From NCBI GenBank assembly GCA_947625785.1, contig CANQPS010000014.1, forward strand, positions 11,241 through 75,240: DNA of 64,000 nucleotides, in the 5' to 3' direction. The position numbers were made by a program, and so were the translations under genes. This document shows positions 59,176-64,000 of this stretch, in pieces (the stretch's first letter is position 1; every line of letters begins with the position of its first letter). Under the pieces are notes generated by a model that had not been told where the DNA came from, did no database searches, and saw nothing but the letters and a program-made list of their open reading frames with translations. Source of the stretch: an uncultured Clostridia bacterium (GTDB lineage Bacteria > Bacillota > Clostridia > Oscillospirales > Acutalibacteraceae).

Positions 59176-60747
59176 ATGGGAATTTATTTAAATCCGGATA
59201 ATACTGATTTTTATAATGCTGTGAATCATTCGCAGATATATGTTGATAAAACTAATCTAATTGGGTATACAAATAAGATTTTGTTTGGAGAGCAAAAGTA
59301 CATTTGCGTAAGCCGCCCAAGAAGATTCGGAAAGTCAATGGCAGCCAATATGCTGACAGCATATTATAGCCGTGGCTGTGATTCAAGAGAATTGTTCAGC
59401 AACTTGAAAATTGTAAAGGCTGATTCTTTTGAAAAGCACCTGAATAAATACAATGTTATTCATTTGAGCATTCCACAATTTATGGATGAAGCTGAAAATG
59501 TTCAAGAAATGGTGCAGTTTATTAAGGACGATGTAATGGAGGAACTGCTAAGTTCATTTCCGGATGTCCGGATGCCAAGCCGTAAAACATTGGAAAAAGT
59601 GTTTGCAACAATATTTAATACAACAAAAATTCCCTTTATTTTCATAATTGACGAGTGGGATTGTATTTTCAGGGAACACAAAGAAGATAAAGCCGCACAG
59701 GAAGCGTATCTTAAATTTTTGAGGAATTTACTTAAAAATCAGCCGTATGCAGCGCTTGTTTATATGACCGGTATACTGCCAATTAAAAAGTACGGCGATC
59801 ATTCAGCACTCAATATGTTTGATGAGTATTCAATGACAAACCAAATGGCTTTAGCAGAATTTACAGGCTTTACGGAACAAGAAGTAAAAGCCTTATGCGA
59901 AAAATACGGAATGTCATTTGAGGAAACAAAACGTTGGTATGATGGATATGATTTAAAGGGACTGTCGGTTTATAATCCTCGTTCTGTGGTAATGGCAATG
60001 ATGAGCCGTGATTTTGATAATTATTGGACAAAAACAGAAACCTATGAATCGCTTAAAAAATATATTCAAATAAATAGTTTCGGATTAAAGGAAATTGTAA
60101 AAAGATTGATTGCCGGTGAACACCTGCCGATGAATCCGGATAAATTTCAAAACGATATGACCACATTTAACAGTGCGGATGATGTTTTAACATTGTTGGT
60201 TCATCTCGGTTATCTGACATTCGATTTTGGCACGAAAACAGTATGGATTCCCAATAGTGAGGTGCAACGGGAATTTATCAATTCCATTGAGGACGGCGGT
60301 TGGGAAGAAGTTATGAAAGCAATAAGAATTTCAGATGAACTTCTGACAGCAACTCTTAACTGCAATGAAGAAAAAGTCGCAATGATAATAGAACAAGTAC
60401 ACCGTGAAAATACATCCATTCTTCAATATAATAATGAAAATTCACTGTCATGCGTACTTTCCCTTGCATATTATTCTGCCAAAAAAGATTATGCGATGTA
60501 TCGTGAACTGCCAAGCGGAGACGGGTTTGCAGATTTAGTATTTGTACCGAGAAGCAATTGTCGGGCTTCGGCGTTTATAGTTGAGTTAAAGTGGGATAGA
60601 TCGGCAGAAACTGCAATAGATCAGATAAAGCAAAAAAAGTATGCAGAATGTCTGAAAGATTATTCCGGAGAAATTTTACTTGTCGGGATCAATTACAACA
60701 AGGACGATAAACGACATACTTGTAAGATTGAAAAAATCACTAAATAA
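59176..60747 (+). CDS. Predicted AAA-ATPase (PF09820-like N-domain) fused to a PD-(D/E)XK nuclease-family C-domain (DUF1703-like)
   Basis: The N-terminus reads YVDKT...ISRPRRFGKS. The C-terminal GDGFADLVFVP...FIVELKW is a PD-(D/E)XK motif. Strong RBS ggaggtg. Confidence 0.65.
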   Translation: MGIYLNPDNTDFYNAVNHSQIYVDKTNLIGYTNKILFGEQKYICVSRPRRFGKSMAANMLTAYYSRGCDSRELFSNLKIVKADSFEKHLNKYNVIHLSIPQFMDEAENVQEMVQFIKDDVMEELLSSFPDVRMPSRKTLEKVFATIFNTTKIPFIFIIDEWDCIFREHKEDKAAQEAYLKFLRNLLKNQPYAALVYMTGILPIKKYGDHSALNMFDEYSMTNQMALAEFTGFTEQEVKALCEKYGMSFEETKRWYDGYDLKGLSVYNPRSVVMAMMSRDFDNYWTKTETYESLKKYIQINSFGLKEIVKRLIAGEHLPMNPDKFQNDMTTFNSADDVLTLLVHLGYLTFDFGTKTVWIPNSEVQREFINSIEDGGWEEVMKAIRISDELLTATLNCNEEKVAMIIEQVHRENTSILQYNNENSLSCVLSLAYYSAKKDYAMYRELPSGDGFADLVFVPRSNCRASAFIVELKWDRSAETAIDQIKQKKYAECLKDYSGEILLVGINYNKDDKRHTCKIEKITK

Positions 60748-60963
60748 AAAATTGCGTACTCGTTTTTTAAAACGGGTACGCTTTTTCTATTTCATAAAAT
60801 AGAACACTTAAATATAGCGTAAAGAAAGTGAAAAAATATTTTAGGAATTTTTCTGAAAATAGGTTGTCATTTGGCTGACTAATTCCAAATTAGTGAAGGG
60901 GGATTTTTAATCCGGATAAAAGATTTCTCATTCACTAAATCTTGGAAATGGGAGGTCAATGAT

Positions 60964-61712
60964 ATGCAAATACAGAATACAGAAAAAGTGAAGCGTGGGG
61001 AAATTTATCTCTACAACTTTGGCAGCAATGCAGGATCTATTCAAAATGGGATAAGAAATGAATATCTATCCTGCCATATTGTTAGGGAGGTTCATAAGCT
61101 GCTTAGAAGTGCATTTAATCAGGCGGTAAAATGGGAATTGATGTCTAAAAATCCTTGTCTCAATGCAACGCTCCCAAAGGAAGAACACAAAACTCGTGAT
61201 ATATGGGACGCAGACACTCTTTTTAGGGCAATTGAACTATGTAATAATGATATTCTCCGATTAGCCTTAAACTTAGCTTTTGCCTGTTCTTTGCGTATGG
61301 GAGAAATGCTTGGTTTAACATGGGACTGTATTGATGTCAGCGACGAGAGCATTAAATCCGGAAAGGCTTTTCTATTTGTCAACAAGGAATTACAGCGTGT
61401 AAACCGTGAAGCTCTGAAACTCTTAACAATAAAGGCGTAGTATTCATATTTCCTGCTGTCAGAGCAATGAAGAATACCGCATTGGTACTGAAAGAACCCA
61501 AAACAAAGACAAGTACCCGCAGAGTGTTTATTCCAACTACCGTTGCAGAAATGCTCAAACAGAGAAAAGCTGAAATTGAAGAATATAAGGCTCTGTATGG
61601 AGATGAATTCGCAGACTACAATCTTGTATTTTGTCATCCGCACGGCAGACCGATCGAGGGAGTGACAATTAACAATGAAGTGACATACTCCCGCCGCCTA
61701 CGCTTCGCTTAG
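60964..61712 (+). pseudogene. Tyrosine recombinase/phage integrase remnant. It is N- and C-terminally truncated and split by a frameshift/stop at ~61440.
   Basis: ORF1 reads ...LAFACSLRMGEMLGLTWDCID (start of the catalytic domain, R...GE...L.W). ORF2 reads LKEPKTKTSTRRVFIP...HPHGRPIEG, then stops before the H-x-x-R/Y region. Confidence 0.6.
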
Positions 61713-62092
61713 AGGCGGGGGGCTTCTCGCTCAAGTACAGTAGTCTGTACAGTATCGACGAGCTAACCCCGTGTGTCCCACGGTTATGACAAATTTGCTT
61801 GCTATCGTCTTGCTTGGCACATGTTACATCCCGACTGATTACGGAAAAAAGAGGTCAATTTGTCAGAATCCCTTATCATAGAGGAATGATTACCTCTAAT
61901 CCGTTCTCCTTTCGTAATTCTCTGTATTACGGCTTGGTTATCGCTCTATTGTAATACAGGCTTATTTCGATTTCATCTGATTTTAGTATATCACTGTAAT
62001 TTCATAATGTCAAGAAAAAGTCAGCCTGCGGCTGACCGGCAATTCATCCCACCGCTTTAGAAGCGGGGCACTTCTTGCCTATTTAGGTTAAA

Positions 62093-62140
62093 AAAGCAAA
62101 AGTCAAGCTATCCTTGCGGCTTGACTTTTGCTTTTTTATG
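62093..62140. terminator. Strong bidirectional terminator hairpin
   Basis: AAAGCAAAAGTCAAGC-tatccttgcg-GCTTGACTTTTGCTTT followed by TTTAT. Confidence 0.65.
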
Positions 62141-62328
62141 CTATAACAAATAAACCGAAATGATATTATGGAAAATTTTAAAAGAAAATAACAGAAAAAG
62201 TGCCTATTGAATATTCACCCTAATTTCATTTGTCCTGCTAATTTTTAGCTAATCAAACGAGCTAAAATCACCTAAAATCAGCAGGGAAAGCACAAGAAAA
62301 TCTGACGATTAAAATGCTTGAAAAGTCG

Positions 62329-63051
62329 CTATTTACTGGGATTTTCGGGGGCTTTGAGTGAAACTGTATATAATGTATTGTACTTCTTGAAAGTGCGCCA
62401 AGTCATATCGTCCCATTTTCTAAGCTGCGCCCAAAGTTCGGGAAAATCCGAATAGAGAGTCCGCAGTTCACCAAACAGCTGTAAAGGACAGCACCAACAG
62501 GATACCCTCCCAAACTTATCATACAGACCGCCCCAATCGTAGCCGCGCTCCTTGCAGTAAGCAAGACAGTCAGCCTCAGTCATGCCCCATTCCACAAGCG
62601 GCAGACGAACGTTCGGTCGGCTGTTGCAATGGCGTGTGACACGTTCCGTTTCATCGGCGGCGATCCCGACATACTCGACAAGGTCGTATTCATCGTTCAG
62701 TTTACGCAGATATTTCTCACGAGGTACGGTCTTGAGAAGATTGGTACACCACCGCATCAGCGGTCCTGCCCAACTGTATCCGAGTTTGCCTTGAAGTTCG
62801 GGTTTCTTTCGCTTGATAGGTTTTTCGGAAAACAGATACTCAAAGGTGTACTCGCTGCGTACTGTCGTAACTTTAATTCCCGTGTTTTTCTCGACTTTTC
62901 GGATATGCCCATAAAGCTGAGGGAACTCAGGCCCGGTATCGCAGAAAAGAACTATATCCACAGGCATATTTTCTTCAAGCATACGGAGCAGCATTGCCGT
63001 TGAATCCTTGCCGCCGCTGAGTGAAACAACATGAAGTGCGGGTTTACTCAT
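62329..63051 (-). CDS. Phosphoadenosine-phosphosulfate reductase family protein (PP-loop ATPase, phage-type)
   Basis: It has the SGGKDS PP-loop (VVSLSGGKDSTAML) and a C-terminal cysteine cluster CWCC. Confidence 0.75.
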   Translation of the reverse strand: MSKPALHVVSLSGGKDSTAMLLRMLEENMPVDIVLFCDTGPEFPQLYGHIRKVEKNTGIKVTTVRSEYTFEYLFSEKPIKRKKPELQGKLGYSWAGPLMRWCTNLLKTVPREKYLRKLNDEYDLVEYVGIAADETERVTRHCNSRPNVRLPLVEWGMTEADCLAYCKERGYDWGGLYDKFGRVSCWCCPLQLFGELRTLYSDFPELWAQLRKWDDMTWRTFKKYNTLYTVSLKAPENPSK

Positions 63052-64000
63052 TGCCCTCCACCTCTTTCACAAGTTCGGAGTAGGGTATCTTCTCACCGTT
63101 CCGCACCACATACACACCATCCGCATTTCCCGTATCCTCAACATACCTGTGCAGGATTACAGACGCATATTTTTCGTCAAGTTCCATCGTGTAACAAATG
63201 CGGTTCGTATGCTCACAGGTCATGAGCGTTGAACCACTGCCACCAAAGGTATCAATGACGATTGCATTTTCCTGACTTGAATTTCCAATCGGATAAGCAA
63301 GCAGGTCAAGTGGCTTTGAAGTCGGATGGTTCTTATTCTTCTTCGGCTTATCGAAATTCCAGATGGTAGTCTGACTTCTGCCTGCATTCTTGCTCCAGTA
63401 GTGCTTTCCATTTTGTAAAAAGCCATAAAGGACTGGTTCATGCTGCCATTGATAGTCGGAGCGTCCGAGCACCAGACTATCTTTCACCCAGATACAGCAG
63501 CCTGCGAGGTGAAAGCCTGCGTCAATGAATGCCTTGTGGAAGTTAAGTCCCTCGGTGTCAGCGTGAAACACATAAGCCGAGCCGCCTTTTTCGAGGTGAT
63601 CAGACATATTCTTAAATGCCGAAAGCAGGAAGTTGTAAAATTCCTCGCCCTTGATTGAATCATTCTGTATTTTTAAGCCGCTCGAAGATGTGAACGAAAC
63701 TCCGTAAGGCGGATCCGTAAGAATGAGATTTGCTTTGACATCTCCCATAAGAGCGGAAACATCATCTGCGCTTGTGGCGTCGCCGCACATCAGCTTGTGT
63801 CTGCCGACCGTCCAGATATCACCACGCATAACAAAAGCCGCCTTTTCCAAAGCGGCTGACAGGTCGTAATCATCATCTTTCGCATCGCTGTCGGTATCGC
63901 TGCCGAACAGGTCCGCAAGTTCTTTTTCGTCAAACCCCGTAAGCGAAACATCAAAATCCTCTCCTTGCAGGGATTCTATCTCCACTCGCAGAAGTTCTTC
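63044..64000 (-). CDS. DNA methyltransferase (N6-A/N4-C, DPPY class), probably with an N-terminal ParB-like domain. The 5' end lies beyond the window.
   Basis: It has ILTDPPYGV motif IV and FxGSGST motif I (DTFGGSGST). The linker LTGFDEKELADL is typical of ParB-methylase fusions. The frame is open to the window edge. Confidence 0.75.
   Translation of the reverse strand, partial: EELLRVEIESLQGEDFDVSLTGFDEKELADLFGSDTDSDAKDDDYDLSAALEKAAFVMRGDIWTVGRHKLMCGDATSADDVSALMGDVKANLILTDPPYGVSFTSSSGLKIQNDSIKGEEFYNFLLSAFKNMSDHLEKGGSAYVFHADTEGLNFHKAFIDAGFHLAGCCIWVKDSLVLGRSDYQWQHEPVLYGFLQNGKHYWSKNAGRSQTTIWNFDKPKKNKNHPTSKPLDLLAYPIGNSSQENAIVIDTFGGSGSTLMTCEHTNRICYTMELDEKYASVILHRYVEDTGNADGVYVVRNGEKIPYSELVKEVEGNE

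Noticed and set aside
61713-62328. Possible tRNA or tmRNA gene as the integration target next to the integrase remnant
   Set aside because: I looked for T-loop/acceptor signatures (GGTTCGAATCC-like motifs and a matching 7-bp acceptor stem) and found none. The stretch is retained only as an unexplained structured GC-rich non-coding segment.

Overview
This window looks like an AT-rich Firmicutes/Clostridia chromosome segment (about 30% GC), with most genes on the minus strand. I read it as follows.

- **Housekeeping blocks.** A purC-purF-purB-purA block runs straight into a 5'-partial glmS. After it come gpsA, a cell-division/translation cluster (rluD-lspA-ileS-divIVA-sepF-yggS), miaA-mutL-mutS-ricA(ymcA)-like-miaB, tRNA-Gly(GCC) plus RNase Z, a glycolytic pgk-tpiA-gpmI operon, trmL and ilvC.
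- **SipW/TasA-like operon (33.0-37.5 kb).** Five genes encode a SipW-type signal peptidase and four TasA/camelysin-family secreted proteins. One has a sortase-like C-terminal sorting signal. One has a 46-aa tandem-repeat tail. A pair of ~80-bp direct repeats sits upstream, and related long hairpins sit between cistrons.
- **Mobile-element hotspot (45.8-49.1 kb, GC-rich).** It holds a frameshifted IS481-like transposase, a large serine recombinase remnant, and an IS3-family element with perfect 33-bp inverted repeats whose orfB is split across both strands, apparently by an internal inversion.
- **Catabolic locus (50.1-58.7 kb).** It encodes an NCS1 permease fused to a cytidylate-kinase-like domain, hydantoinase B, hydantoinase A and an isochorismatase-family amidase. 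A divergent XRE-HTH regulator has a promoter embedded in perfect palindromes, followed by a leader terminator. The enzyme set fits N-methylhydantoin/creatinine-type cyclic-amide degradation.
- **GC-rich prophage/integrative remnant (59-64 kb).** It contains an AAA-ATPase/PD-(D/E)XK protein, an integrase pseudogene, a PAPS-reductase-like protein and a ParB-type DNA methyltransferase that runs off the window.

All calls rest on reading protein motifs and DNA patterns by eye. No database searches were run.
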